DNA from: an uncultured Chloroflexia bacterium
Lineage (GTDB): Bacteria; Chloroflexota; Chloroflexia; Thermomicrobiales; CFX8
Length of the DNA: 64,000 nucleotides
Reading direction: 5' to 3'
NCBI GenBank assembly: GCA_963729445.1
Contig: CAVSNU010000003.1
Span: 995,736-1,059,735, forward strand
This document shows positions 39,983 through 50,513 of this stretch, piece by piece (positions within the stretch are counted from its first letter, which is position 1; every line of letters starts with the position of its first letter). Below the pieces are notes generated by a model. The model worked only from the letters and a program-made list of their open reading frames with translations. It made no database searches and was not told where the DNA came from. The translations under genes were made by a program, and so were the position numbers.

Positions 39983-40801
39983 TCAGGTCGCCGTTTCGGC
40001 CAGGTTCACGAGCATCGCTGCATGGATCTTACCGTTACTCGCGACAACCTCTCGGGCGTAGATGTCGAGGGGACCGCCCTTATAGTTAGTCACCGTGCCG
40101 CCGGCCTCGGTGACAATCAGCGAGCCCGCCGCAACGTCCCACGGATAGAGCTCCCGCTCCCAGTAGCCATCGTACCGGCCACACGCCACGTAGGCCAAGT
40201 CTAATGCAGCCGCACCATCCCTGCGAACCGCCTGGGCCTCAGCCAGGAACCGCGCCCATGCGGCCAGGTTGTCGGACCGGCTCAGCGGGTCGTAGGCGAA
40301 GCCGGTCGCGACCATTGAGTCGATCAGCTCGTCATTCTTCGAAACCCGCGCGGGCACGCCGTTCAATGTCGCCCCGCCTCCGCGCTGGGCCGCGAACATC
40401 TCGTCAAGCACCGGCACGTAGACGACGCCTACCTGAACCGCGCCGGCCACCTCTAATGCGATTGACACCGCATAGAGCGGGTAGCCATGCGCATAGTTGG
40501 TCGTGCCGTCCAAGGGATCGACGACCCACCGGCGTTGGCCAGTCGCAGCCCTGCCGGCAACCGTGCCTTCTTCGGCAAGGAGCTGATCGTCTGGAAACGC
40601 CTCGGCTAGCCGGCCCGCAATCAAGCGCTCGCTGGCGAGGTCGGCGTCTGTGACCAGATCGACGATCCCCTTATGACGCACGCCGCTGACCTTACCTTGT
40701 TGTTCGCGGAGCAGCGCGCCCGCCTCGCGGGCAGCCCGCACCGCGACATCGAGCTCGGCGGCATACGCGCCGCCGTTATCGAGTGGCACGAGTTCGATCA
40801 A
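39983..40801 (-). CDS. suhB: Inositol monophosphatase family protein
   Basis: DLVTDAD, AEEG, WVVDPLDGTTNY, WDVAAG. Confidence 0.92.
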   Translation of the reverse strand: MIELVPLDNGGAYAAELDVAVRAAREAGALLREQQGKVSGVRHKGIVDLVTDADLASERLIAGRLAEAFPDDQLLAEEGTVAGRAATGQRRWVVDPLDGTTNYAHGYPLYAVSIALEVAGAVQVGVVYVPVLDEMFAAQRGGGATLNGVPARVSKNDELIDSMVATGFAYDPLSRSDNLAAWARFLAEAQAVRRDGAAALDLAYVACGRYDGYWERELYPWDVAAGSLIVTEAGGTVTNYKGGPLDIYAREVVASNGKIHAAMLVNLAETAT

Positions 40802-41909
40802 TCACACGCACTCCTGGGAGGCTATCGAACGGCAGTTGGGGAGAGACGTCCATATCGAGTCCGGCTGAAGCTCCACGACGCACGGCCTGATAGGCAGCCG
40901 CCGCGATCATCGCCGCATTGTCGGTGCAAAATTGAAGTTCCGGCACATACACCGGAACCTTCACCTTCTGCGCCAGGCGATGCCGCAACAAGGCATTGGC
41001 CGACACGCCCCCGGCCACCATTACGCTGGCGACGTGCTGATCCGCCGCGGCACGGGCGGTCTTTTCAACCAACACGTCAACGATCGCCTCCTGGTACGAG
41101 GCTGCCAGCTGGCTCACCGGCATGTTCGGCACATACTCCGGCGGCTGGTGCTCAGGGAAAAGCTCGCGGGGCGCCTGCGGCCGATTTCCGGCCTGCCGTC
41201 GCGCTGGGACTTTCATCTTTCGATATGGCTCGCAGGCGCGTAACAACGCCGTTTTGAGGCCCGAGAACGAGAAGTCGTAGGAGTCACCCAGCCAGGCGCG
41301 GGGGAGATCTCCCAGCGGCCGGGCGCCTTGTGCGGCCTGCTGGATAGCCGGACCTCCGGGATAGCTCAAACCAAGCAGACGGGCACCCTTATCGAACGCC
41401 TCCCCGGCAGCGTCGTCCCGGGTACGGCCCAGGATCTCATAGACGCCGTGCTTCTGCAGCAGTATCAGCTCGGTGTGCCCGCCGGAGACGACCAGGCACA
41501 AGGCGGGCAGCGCTGGAGGCTCACCGGCTTCCGCACCCGGAGCGATCAGCCAGTTGGAATAGATATGGCCCTCGATGTGGTTGACCGGCACCAGCGGCTT
41601 GCGCCAGGTATACGCCAGGGTCTTGGCGAAATTGACACCCACCAGCAGCGCGCCGGCCAGGCCGGGCCCCTCGGTGACAGCAATCGCGTCGATGTCGTCC
41701 TGGGTCATCCCGGCTTGATCGAGTGCCTCCTGCACGACCGGGATGATCGCGGTGATGTGCTGGCGCGATGCCAGCTCCGGCACAACGCCGCCATAGCGCG
41801 CGTGCAGCTCGGTCTGCGAGGCGATCACGTTCGAGCGTACCCAGCGCCCCTCGTGGACCACCGCCGCCGAAGTCTCATCGCAGGATGTTTCGATTGCCAG
41901 GATGTTCAC
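40776..41909 (-). CDS. tsaD: tRNA t6A threonylcarbamoyltransferase
   Basis: LAIETSCDET, GGVVPELASR, HIEGH, VSGGHT, DDAAGEAFDK, CTDNAAMI. Confidence 0.97.
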   Translation of the reverse strand: MNILAIETSCDETSAAVVHEGRWVRSNVIASQTELHARYGGVVPELASRQHITAIIPVVQEALDQAGMTQDDIDAIAVTEGPGLAGALLVGVNFAKTLAYTWRKPLVPVNHIEGHIYSNWLIAPGAEAGEPPALPALCLVVSGGHTELILLQKHGVYEILGRTRDDAAGEAFDKGARLLGLSYPGGPAIQQAAQGARPLGDLPRAWLGDSYDFSFSGLKTALLRACEPYRKMKVPARRQAGNRPQAPRELFPEHQPPEYVPNMPVSQLAASYQEAIVDVLVEKTARAAADQHVASVMVAGGVSANALLRHRLAQKVKVPVYVPELQFCTDNAAMIAAAAYQAVRRGASAGLDMDVSPQLPFDSLPGVRVIDRTRATR

Positions 41910-41918
41910 AGTCGCGCG

Positions 41919-42557
41919 CTACCCTCCGGTGGATTCCATACGGCCGCTGGACGACTTACGCATCCGCTCTGCCAGCGCCGCCTTGAGCCCTGCCAGACGC
42001 GCGACGGACTCGGGGTCGTTGATCGACGGCGACCACATGATGTAGGCATCCTCGCCGTTGTCACTGTAGTAACGACGACGGATGCCCTGCCGGGTGAAGC
42101 CGTATTTCTGGTAGAGCGACTGGGCGGTATCGTTGGAGACGCGCACTTCCAGCGTCAGCCATTCGGCTCCACGCCGCAACGCCTCTTCATGAAGATCGAT
42201 CAGGAGCAGCTCGCCGAGTCCCTGTCCACGAAACTCTGGCGCAACGCCGATCGTCGTAATGTGCGCCTCGTCCAGCATGATCCACATACCAGCGAAACCG
42301 ATGATCGGCGGCGCGGGCGGGTCGTTAGGTGTCCTGCGACGGAACGGTAGCAGGCCACGAGATCCGCGTTGTTCCTGAGCAGCAAGTTCCTCGGCATGCG
42401 TGTCCTGAGGGCGCATGACGATGTAGTAGTTATTGTTGGTGTTGTTGAGCTCGCGCCGGTACGCGGACTGCGGCCAGGCGTTGCTGAAACAGCGCCGCTC
42501 AACCCTTGAGACCTCCGGTACGTCCTCGATTGTCATCAGCTCAATGGAAACGTTCAC
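41919..42557 (-). CDS. rimI: Ribosomal-protein N-acetyltransferase
   Basis: EAHITTIGV, RGQGLG, LEVRVSN, RRRYYSDNGEDA; position between tsaB and tsaD. Confidence 0.92.
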   Translation of the reverse strand: MNVSIELMTIEDVPEVSRVERRCFSNAWPQSAYRRELNNTNNNYYIVMRPQDTHAEELAAQEQRGSRGLLPFRRRTPNDPPAPPIIGFAGMWIMLDEAHITTIGVAPEFRGQGLGELLLIDLHEEALRRGAEWLTLEVRVSNDTAQSLYQKYGFTRQGIRRRYYSDNGEDAYIMWSPSINDPESVARLAGLKAALAERMRKSSSGRMESTGG

Positions 42558-43270
42558 GAGTTCCGCTCCGATTTCACAGCGCCTGTCGGCTGCGAATGAA
42601 TGTACATTGGTTCTAACGCTAACAGATCGTCGGCGTCGCCGTCCCGCCAACGTGGTGCGGCCAGGTCCAGCAGAGCGGACGCGCGGCGGCGCCTGGCCGC
42701 GGCCGGCGGGATGATGACGTTTGGATTACTGGACAGCAGCTGACGGTCCGTCTCGCTCAAATCTCCCGACAGTATCGTCGGCTCTAACAGGCCATCGCCA
42801 AGCTCATCAGGAGTACGGTGGCTCAGCGCACTGCGTAGGTGTAAACGTCCATTCGCTTGCCGGTAATCCCCGACAACAACCCGTCCACGCCCAGCTTCAA
42901 CGAAGGCCCGCACCGGACGATCTCCATACGCAAACATCTGCGCGGCGACGTCCAGCGTACCAACGCCGAAAATGGGGATCCCCATACTGAACGCAAAACC
43001 CTTTGCGACACTCATGCCGACGCGCAGCGCGTTGAAGGCCCCCGGGCCTATTGCGACCGCGACCGCGCCGAGCTCTGATGGGCTGATGCCGACCAGGCGC
43101 ATGAGATGATCGATCTCTACCAGTAGCGTCGTCGTCTGGCTGCGGCCGGCATGCCACATTGTTTCCGCGCCGAGCGCCCCGGTGTCGCCGCCGACTGGCC
43201 CCAGGGCCAGTGAAGCGAGCGTATTGGAGGTATCCAGGGCCAGCATCCAGGGTCGCCATTGATCAGCCAC
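42554..43270 (-). CDS. tsaB: tRNA t6A biosynthesis protein
   Basis: LALDTS, GPGAFNALRVG, LEPMY. Confidence 0.92.
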   Translation of the reverse strand: MADQWRPWMLALDTSNTLASLALGPVGGDTGALGAETMWHAGRSQTTTLLVEIDHLMRLVGISPSELGAVAVAIGPGAFNALRVGMSVAKGFAFSMGIPIFGVGTLDVAAQMFAYGDRPVRAFVEAGRGRVVVGDYRQANGRLHLRSALSHRTPDELGDGLLEPTILSGDLSETDRQLLSSNPNVIIPPAAARRRRASALLDLAAPRWRDGDADDLLALEPMYIHSQPTGAVKSERNS

Positions 43271-43781
43271 GGGCGCCCGCCAGTTCTCGTCGCACTTGCT
43301 CGATCGCCTGCCGATAGCGGTCCCCGCGTGGGTCCATCACGATGCTGCGCTTGGTGTCGGCGATGTCTGTCAACTCAACCATGATGTACTCAATCGGTAA
43401 GAGGTGCCTGGCCCGCTCGGGCCACTCCACGATCGCGATCGCTTCCGGATCGTCCAGATACTCTTCGAAACCAAAGGAGAACAGTTCGTCGCTGTCCTCA
43501 ATGCGGTAGAGATCGATGTGGTACACCCGGACCGGCCGCTCGTTCACATCGATGCCGGCGTGCTCCGTCACCAGCGTGAAGGTCGGGCTGAGCATGTCGG
43601 ACGTCACCCGCAGGCCGCGGGCCAGTCCTTGCGCGAAGGTGGTCTTGCCGGCGCCGATCATACCCCCTAAGAGAATCAGGGTACCTCGCTCTAGCGACCG
43701 GCCAAGTTGCGTTCCGATCCGTCGTGTTTGTTCAGGACTGTGGCTGATCACATCAAGTGCCGGGCGGCGGGGCGCCGTCAA
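43263..43781 (-). CDS. tsaE: tRNA t6A biosynthesis ATPase
   Basis: GAGKT, SPTFTL, HIDLYR, VEWP. Confidence 0.95.
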   Translation of the reverse strand: MTAPRRPALDVISHSPEQTRRIGTQLGRSLERGTLILLGGMIGAGKTTFAQGLARGLRVTSDMLSPTFTLVTEHAGIDVNERPVRVYHIDLYRIEDSDELFSFGFEEYLDDPEAIAIVEWPERARHLLPIEYIMVELTDIADTKRSIVMDPRGDRYRQAIEQVRRELAGARG

Positions 43782-43862
43782 TCATCGCTCCTCTTCGGCA
43801 GTGGTGTTGCGCGTCAATGAGTTGATGATAGCCGAACGGACGCTGCGGCGCACGGCCCGAGC

Positions 43863-45020
43863 CTAGGATCGGGCGGCAGTATCGATCCCATCCAACGTAA
43901 CGGAAGTCCCGAGCGGCAGCCCTCCGAGGCGCGGCGGGGCAGTAAGGGCTACACGTGAGTCAGCGTCATATGCCGCAAGCCGCACGCGGTTGCAACGCAC
44001 TCGCACCCGAGAACCCGGTGAAATCGAGACGTATGAGGGTTGGTTTGACTGCAATTGCACGCCACAGGGTAGCTGAATGACATAGGTCGTCTCTGCACCG
44101 TGGAATGTCCGCGACACGACGACCGCGATACCGTCTGGATCGACTTCGAGCGTCACGTCACGCGGGCGGATCAACAGGTCGACATGCACCTGGGCGCCCT
44201 GCTCTTCAAGCTCGAAGCGGCCAAGGTCGGACTCGGCAATCGCGCCGGCAATCGTGGCCGGCACAAACGTGCCCTGTCCGACGAAGTTCGCCACCGCACG
44301 CGTAGCTGGATAGTGATACACGATCTCGGGGACATCAATCTGTTCGATGCGACCGTTGAGCATGACCGCCATCCGGTCCGCCACGGTCATCGCTTCTTGC
44401 TGGTCATGGGTGACCAGGATCGCGGTAGTGCCCAGCGATTTCAGCAGATCACGAACCTCGATGCGCATCGCCAGCCGCATCTCGGTATCAAGGTTGGAAA
44501 ACGGCTCGTCCAGCAGCAGCACGTGTGGCTTGGGACCAAGGGCCCGCGCCATCGCGACCCGTTGCTGTTGGCCGCCGGAGAGCTGGTGCGGGAAGCGTTC
44601 CGCGAGCGCGCCGAGCCCGGTAAGCTCCAGCAGCTCGTCGATACGCGCGCGCTTCTCCTGGCGCGGCATCCGGCCCAGTCCAAATGCGATATTGTCGGTC
44701 ACTGAGAGGTGTGGGAAGAGCGCGTAGTCCTGGAACACCATGCCGACGCCGCGCTTCTCCGGCGATACAAAGCCGCCTGGTCCTGCAACGGCCGTTCCGG
44801 CGATGATGACGTTGCCCTCGTCGGGCTGTTCAAAGCCGGCGATCAAACGTAGCGTCGTTGTTTTGCCGCAGCCGCTTGGGCCGAGCAACGCCACGATCTC
44901 GCCTGGTTCAACAGATAAATGAACGTCACGTACCGCAGGCTCATCCGCGCCGGCAAAGCGCTTACTGACATTAACCAGAGTTATTCCGTCATGCACGTAT
45001 GCAACCCCTCGCGCCAACAT
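43863..45020 (-). CDS. Fe3+ ABC transporter ATP-binding protein (start may be GTG 44996)
   Basis: GPSGCGKTT, FQDYALFPH, LSGGQQQR, DEPFSNLD, C-terminal TOBE-like region. Confidence 0.9.
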   Translation of the reverse strand: MLARGVAYVHDGITLVNVSKRFAGADEPAVRDVHLSVEPGEIVALLGPSGCGKTTTLRLIAGFEQPDEGNVIIAGTAVAGPGGFVSPEKRGVGMVFQDYALFPHLSVTDNIAFGLGRMPRQEKRARIDELLELTGLGALAERFPHQLSGGQQQRVAMARALGPKPHVLLLDEPFSNLDTEMRLAMRIEVRDLLKSLGTTAILVTHDQQEAMTVADRMAVMLNGRIEQIDVPEIVYHYPATRAVANFVGQGTFVPATIAGAIAESDLGRFELEEQGAQVHVDLLIRPRDVTLEVDPDGIAVVVSRTFHGAETTYVIQLPCGVQLQSNQPSYVSISPGSRVRVRCNRVRLAAYDADSRVALTAPPRLGGLPLGTSVTLDGIDTAARS

Positions 45021-45242
45021 TTGCGGGCGGATCTCCGTCTACCTTTGCCAGTCTATCAGTCACTTACCTTCATGCCTACGGCATGAGGACAATTCCGAGT
45101 CATTTCGTCGCCATTCCTGCGTCAAGACCCGTTCCAGGTCAAGCATCGTCTCAAAAGGCGCGTCCGAAGTCTTCAATCCACAACTCCAGAGGAAAGCGTT
45201 GAGCGAGAGTATTATGTAGACGTCGGCCCAGGCTGGTACAGG

Positions 45243-46901
45243 CTAGCCCCGGCTTGAATCCACCCGCGAGTGACGGAGCGAGAGGATGACCATGGGCACC
45301 GCGGAAATGAGGATCAGAATCAGCGCGGGGGCTGCCGCACGGGCCCAGAAACCCTCCGATGAAGCGCTCCAGATGCGCGTGGCCAGGGTGTTGAAGCCAA
45401 TCGGCCGCAGGAGCAGCGTGGCGGGCAGCTCTTTCATCACCGTGAGGAAGACCAGCAGTCCGCCGCTCAGAAGTCCGTGACGGGCCAGGGGACCGGTGAC
45501 GGAGAGCCAGACCCTGGGTGAGCTATAGCCGAGGCTACGCGCCGCTTCTTCAATATGTGGGCTCACCTGTAGCAACGCCGAGCGCATCGCGCCGACCGCC
45601 TGGGGGATAAAACGCACCACGTAGGCCAGCACAAGCATCGCCGTCGTCTGGTACAGAAAGAGCGCGTAGTTGGCGCCAAAGAAGACGAACGACAGCGCGA
45701 TGACAATGCCAGGCAGCGCATACCCGGCGTACGTGGCACGCTCAATCAAGGCACTGAATGGTCCTGAGTGACGCACAGACAGGACCACCACCGGAATTGA
45801 CAGGATCACGGCGGCAACCGCCGCCAGGACCGAAACGTAGGCCGAATTCAACGCCGCATCCCAAACCAGCCGCAGCGGCTCACCGGCGCGCAAGCCGCGC
45901 ACCAGCCAGTACAGAATCACCCCGATGGGCATGACCAGCGCCAGCCCAACAACCGACGCACAGTAGCCAGCCGCCAGCGCCTTCCACCGGCCAAGCTCAA
46001 TGATCCGCAGCGGACGCACCACCCCGGCAGTGCTGCGATGATAACGAGCGCCACCGCGTGTCATTGCCTCCAACCCAAGGAGTGTCACGGTAATGCCGAT
46101 CAGGACCAGCGCCAACCCCGCCGCCAGCGTCCGGTCAAACGATCCGGTGTATTGCGAGTAGATGGCACTCGTGAACGTCTGGTACTGCAACAGCGACACC
46201 GCGCCAAAATCGCTCAGGACATACAGCGCCACCAGCAGCGAGCCGGAGCCAATAGCCGGGCGCAACATCGGCAGCGTCACCCTGGTGAAGGTGACGATCG
46301 GCCCGTAGCCCATCGACCGTGAGGCTTCTTCCAGCGCACCATCTATAGTCGAAATCGTCGAGTTCAGCGTGAGCAGCACGTATGGATAGGCGAGCAGGGT
46401 CAACGTCAGGCTCGCGCCCAGGAGCCCGTAGAGCTCGGGGAGCCGCTCGACACCGAGAAGCGCCTCGAGCCAGCCCTGGAGGAGTCCGCGCGGGCCAAGC
46501 GCCGCGACAATTGCGTACGCCCCGACATAGCTTGGTATCGCCAGCGGAATCGACATCGCAACCGACCAGAACCGCCTCCAGGGCAAGTCGGTGCGTGAGG
46601 TCAGCCATGCAGCGGGAAGCGAGATGGCCACGGACGCGAAGGTGACGATCCCAGCCAGCAGCACTGTGTTTCGCACCAGCATTAACGTGCGTTCGCGCCA
46701 GATGAGGTGAAAGAGATCTTCGCGGCCCTGCGATGCGCGGATTACCAGATAAAAGATCGGCAACAGCATCAGGACCGCGATGATGAGCGCCGGCAGCCAC
46801 ACGACGACCGGCGCTCGGCGCGTTATCGAAACGCGCCGCCGGGTATGGCCACCACGCCGCGGAGCACGGCGAGGCCGCTCCTCTACCCGGCCACGACTCA
46901 C
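45243..46901 (-). CDS. Fe3+ ABC transporter permease (FbpB-like)
   Basis: Two EAA motifs (LEEASRSMG, IEEAARSLG), PSYVGA, KELPATL. Confidence 0.92.
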   Translation of the reverse strand: MSRGRVEERPRRAPRRGGHTRRRVSITRRAPVVVWLPALIIAVLMLLPIFYLVIRASQGREDLFHLIWRERTLMLVRNTVLLAGIVTFASVAISLPAAWLTSRTDLPWRRFWSVAMSIPLAIPSYVGAYAIVAALGPRGLLQGWLEALLGVERLPELYGLLGASLTLTLLAYPYVLLTLNSTISTIDGALEEASRSMGYGPIVTFTRVTLPMLRPAIGSGSLLVALYVLSDFGAVSLLQYQTFTSAIYSQYTGSFDRTLAAGLALVLIGITVTLLGLEAMTRGGARYHRSTAGVVRPLRIIELGRWKALAAGYCASVVGLALVMPIGVILYWLVRGLRAGEPLRLVWDAALNSAYVSVLAAVAAVILSIPVVVLSVRHSGPFSALIERATYAGYALPGIVIALSFVFFGANYALFLYQTTAMLVLAYVVRFIPQAVGAMRSALLQVSPHIEEAARSLGYSSPRVWLSVTGPLARHGLLSGGLLVFLTVMKELPATLLLRPIGFNTLATRIWSASSEGFWARAAAPALILILISAVPMVILSLRHSRVDSSRG

Positions 46902-46903
46902 GG

Positions 46904-48211
46904 CTAGATCAGCCCAACGTCCGTCAGGAGCTGAAGCGTGCCCTCGAGGTCTTCCAGCTGCGACAGATCGAGGTCAGGGGTCTGGATCTCGTCCAGCGGG
47001 ACCAGCCGCGGGTTGGTCTCGACACCCGGCAGCAGCGGATACTCAAACGTCTCCTCGGCGAAGTAGGTTTGCGCCTCTTCAGTCAACAAGAACCGCACGA
47101 GCACCTCGGCCGCCTCCGGGTTGCGCGCCGTCGTGAGAATACCCACACCCGTGGCATTCACCAGCGCGCCTGGATCGCCGTTGGTGTAGATGTAGTTCTC
47201 GGCCGGCAGGTTCCCGCCCGACTCGGCAAGCATGCGCTCCAGGTAGTAGTGATTCACGAAGCCCGCATCGATCTCACCGTCAATGGCTGCCTGCACGGTC
47301 GCCGTGTTGTTGGCGTAGACATACGGTTCGTTCGCCTGCACACCCTCAAGCCACTCCCGGGCGACATCCTCGCCCTCGACCACCCGGAGGGCCGTAACAA
47401 ACGACTGGAACGATGCATTGCTTGGAACCCAACCCAGCCGGCCGCGCCACTGCGGGTCGGTGAAATCGAGGATGGATTCGGGGATATCATCCGCCGTGAG
47501 GCGCTCGGTGTTGTACACCACAGCCCGCGCGCGTGCCGTCAGGCCGACCCACAACCTATCCCGCGAGCTGAAGCGCGGATCGATCAGCTCAAGGATGTCC
47601 GCCGGAAGCTCTGCCAGCATGTCCTCATTGGCGAGTGCCCCGAGCGCGCCGGGCTCCTGGGAGTAGAAGAGATCGGCCGGGCTGTTTTCGCCCTCTTCTA
47701 ACAGCGTCGCAGCCATTTCGGCGGAGCTTGCGTACTGCACATTGATTTTCGCGCCGGTCAGCTCCTCAAACTGAGCCAGAATCGGCCCCACGAGCTCTTC
47801 CGAACGGCCGGAGTAGACAGTGAGTTCCTGGCCGGCCAGCGAACCTGGCTCAATCGTCGTTGTGCCACCGGACGTCTGCCCGGTTGGTGTGGAGTCATCA
47901 GTCGCAGTGGCATCACCCTCGGACGTCGCGTCGCCGTCGGCGGCTGTTGGACTCGCCCCATCGACGGCTGACGTCGCGGTGCCATCCGCGGTGCCGGATT
48001 CCTGGGTTGGTGTCGTGTCCTGCGTCGCGGTATCAGGGGTAGACCCAGTGCCCGTTGAGGTTGAGGTTGTCGCGGTTGGCTCATCCTCGTCGCCGCCGCA
48101 GGCGGCCAACAGTGGCATCGCGATGGCAACGGTCAGACCGCCGGCCAACCCGCGCAGCACCTTACGACGACTGAGTGTTCTTCTATCGACCAACTGACCA
48201 GAACCTTTCAC
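46904..48211 (-). CDS. Fe3+ ABC transporter binding lipoprotein (FbpA/FutA-like), Tat-type signal
   Basis: SRRKVL, LAAC lipobox, T/D-rich linker, VYSGR, NHYY iron-ligand motif. Confidence 0.92.
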   Translation of the reverse strand: MKGSGQLVDRRTLSRRKVLRGLAGGLTVAIAMPLLAACGGDEDEPTATTSTSTGTGSTPDTATQDTTPTQESGTADGTATSAVDGASPTAADGDATSEGDATATDDSTPTGQTSGGTTTIEPGSLAGQELTVYSGRSEELVGPILAQFEELTGAKINVQYASSAEMAATLLEEGENSPADLFYSQEPGALGALANEDMLAELPADILELIDPRFSSRDRLWVGLTARARAVVYNTERLTADDIPESILDFTDPQWRGRLGWVPSNASFQSFVTALRVVEGEDVAREWLEGVQANEPYVYANNTATVQAAIDGEIDAGFVNHYYLERMLAESGGNLPAENYIYTNGDPGALVNATGVGILTTARNPEAAEVLVRFLLTEEAQTYFAEETFEYPLLPGVETNPRLVPLDEIQTPDLDLSQLEDLEGTLQLLTDVGLI

Positions 48212-48269
48212 TCCTAATTCCGACTAATTCAGTCGGGATTAGGATACGCAGGCTGTGATTGATTGTCAA
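48212..48269 (-). promoter_or_regulatory. Promoter plus palindromic operator (Rrf2/IscR type-1-like) of the iron ABC operon
   Basis: Minus strand TTGACA-17-TATCCT; palindrome tcctaattccgact-aattc-agtcgggattagga at 48212-48244. Confidence 0.7.
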
Positions 48270-48315
48270 CGCCTCGTCTTTGCTGCCCCGCGGCTGGGCA
48301 CAGCGGCAACCTCTA

Positions 48316-49359
48316 CTACCCCGCGGCCTCACTGAAATGATCGAACGCCCCAGGCTCAACGTCCCTGGTGCGCAAATCCAACCCCTTCAACCGGATGGAT
48401 GGACCATCCGCCTTGGCGGCAGCCAGGGTTCCAATCTGAACTGGAGCTGCCAGGCCCCACCTGCGGAAGAGCGTGACGACCCGCTCGAACGTAGCGGCTG
48501 AACAGGTGAACAACAGCTCGAAATCTTCACCGCCCCGGGTCGCGAGGTCAAACCAGTCGGGAAAGTTCCAGCGCACGGTATGGGGAATTGGTAGCTGGTC
48601 CTGACGGATCGTCGCCGTGACATCACTCGCCTGGCAGATCTTGGGCAGGTCGCCGAACAGACCATCCGACAGATCCATCGCCGCTTCAACGCCGGCTCGC
48701 CGCAACAGGATACCCTGCAATATCTTCGGCACCGGCCGGCGATGCGCCTCCAGCATGACCGGCGCGCCCTCAACCTGCAGCGTATTCTCGGTCAAGATAC
48801 GCACACCGCCGGCCGCCAAACCGAGCGGCCCGGTAACAGCCACGATGTCGCCTGGGCGGGCCCGGTCGCGCCGCAATCCCTGTGACCCGGCTGGCAGCTC
48901 GCCATGCACGGTTACCGAGACAATGGTCTTGTCAGGCGACTTCACCACATCGCCGCCTGCGATCGTGAAATGACAGGTATTTCCCAGATTGGTCGCACCG
49001 CGGTAGAAATCGTAGACCCACTTATCGTGCGACTTCTCGCGCAACCCCAGCGACACCACCGCCACTCTTGGCCGAGCACCCATCGCCGCCAGATCGCTGA
49101 CATTCACCGCGAGCGCGCGGTGGCCGACCGACTCGGCGTTGCTCCAATCGTGCCGGAAATGCGTACCCTCCACCAGCATGTCGGTCGAGATCACGACCTG
49201 CCTGCCCGGACGCGGTTTCCAGATGGCGGCGTCATCACCGGGACCGAGCAACAAGCCGGACGACTTGACGCGCGAGGATCTGACGACGTGTCCAATACCC
49301 TTAATAAGGGCGAACTCCCCGACCTTGCGTATCGGTTGACTACCAGCGCTGCCCGTCAT
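48316..49359 (-). CDS. thiL: Thiamine-monophosphate kinase
   Basis: GEFALI, GDDAA, DMLVEGTHF, NVSDLAAMG, GGD, DLSDGL, GGEDFEL. Confidence 0.96.
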   Translation of the reverse strand: MTGSAGSQPIRKVGEFALIKGIGHVVRSSRVKSSGLLLGPGDDAAIWKPRPGRQVVISTDMLVEGTHFRHDWSNAESVGHRALAVNVSDLAAMGARPRVAVVSLGLREKSHDKWVYDFYRGATNLGNTCHFTIAGGDVVKSPDKTIVSVTVHGELPAGSQGLRRDRARPGDIVAVTGPLGLAAGGVRILTENTLQVEGAPVMLEAHRRPVPKILQGILLRRAGVEAAMDLSDGLFGDLPKICQASDVTATIRQDQLPIPHTVRWNFPDWFDLATRGGEDFELLFTCSAATFERVVTLFRRWGLAAPVQIGTLAAAKADGPSIRLKGLDLRTRDVEPGAFDHFSEAAG

Positions 49360-49373
49360 GTCGCGATAACCCC

Positions 49374-50513
49374 TTACCTGCTCCGGCGCAACGCCTGCCT
49401 GTAGACCTCGACGGTTAACTCTGCCGTGCGTGTCCAGCTGAACCCCTGGGCACGCTCGCGGCCACGCCGTCCCAATTGTTGCCGAAGGTCGCTATCCTGG
49501 GCCACTGCGAGCATCGCTGCCGCCAGGCCACGTGTGTCGCGCGGGTCGGCCATCAGCCCCGCGTCGCCCAATACTTCGGGTAGCGACGACGTGTTCGCCG
49601 CGATCACCGGCGTTCCGCAGGCCATCGCCTCCAGGACCGGCAGCCCGAAGCCCTCATAGAGTGAGGGATACACAAACAACGACGCTGCGTTATACCAGAG
49701 AGGGAGCTGCTCACCAGCCACGTAGCCGGCGAAGCGGACGCGCTCCTCCAGCCCAAGTTGCCGCACCAGCGCAAAAATACGGTCAAATTGCCAGCCAGTC
49801 GCGCCGGCGACCACCAGCGGCCAGTCAACCTTGTCGGTAATCGTCGCATATGCCCGCAAGAGCGTTTCGAGATTCTTGCGCGGCTGGAGCGTGCCCAGGA
49901 ACAGCATGAAGTTCTCGGGCAGTCCCTGCTCCCGTCGAAATTGCGCCACCATGTCGGCGGGCAGCACCTGCATCTCGCTCCCGACGCCGTTCGGGACGGT
50001 GACAACCTTCTCCGGTGGACAGCCGTACAACCCGATAATGTCCTGCCTGGTCGACTCGGAGACCGCGATCACCCGCTGTGCACGTCTCACGGACAGGCGC
50101 GTCATGAGCCGCAGGTAGCGCTGCTTGGCGGCTGGGTACTGTTCCGGAAAATGGTGAAACGCCAGGTCGTGCACCGTCACGACCTGCGGCACGCTGGGCG
50201 GTACCGACACGACGTTGACCGGGAAGTGCATCAGGTCGACGCGGCTGCGCCGTGTGGCCAACGGCCCGAGCGTCTGCTCCCAGGCGATCCTCACCAGTGG
50301 GCTCGCGGTCGGCAACCTGCTGTGGTGCCACTCGATCTTGCCGTCGAATTGCTGTTCGTCCTGAGCATTGACCGGCCCAGTGAACACCACGAGCTCGTCG
50401 TCCGGAGCAACCTGAGGCAGCGTTTGGAGCAGTGCCTCGATATACCGGCTCACCCCCGCCTGGCGATACGTTTCCGCAAACGAGAGCAAGTGCCCGTTTA
50501 TCCCGATCCTCAC
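49374..50513 (-). CDS. Glycosyltransferase family 4
   Basis: TVHDL, PRKN, PSLYEGFGLPVLEAMACG, FSW. Confidence 0.93.
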   Translation of the reverse strand: MRIGINGHLLSFAETYRQAGVSRYIEALLQTLPQVAPDDELVVFTGPVNAQDEQQFDGKIEWHHSRLPTASPLVRIAWEQTLGPLATRRSRVDLMHFPVNVVSVPPSVPQVVTVHDLAFHHFPEQYPAAKQRYLRLMTRLSVRRAQRVIAVSESTRQDIIGLYGCPPEKVVTVPNGVGSEMQVLPADMVAQFRREQGLPENFMLFLGTLQPRKNLETLLRAYATITDKVDWPLVVAGATGWQFDRIFALVRQLGLEERVRFAGYVAGEQLPLWYNAASLFVYPSLYEGFGLPVLEAMACGTPVIAANTSSLPEVLGDAGLMADPRDTRGLAAAMLAVAQDSDLRQQLGRRGRERAQGFSWTRTAELTVEVYRQALRRSR

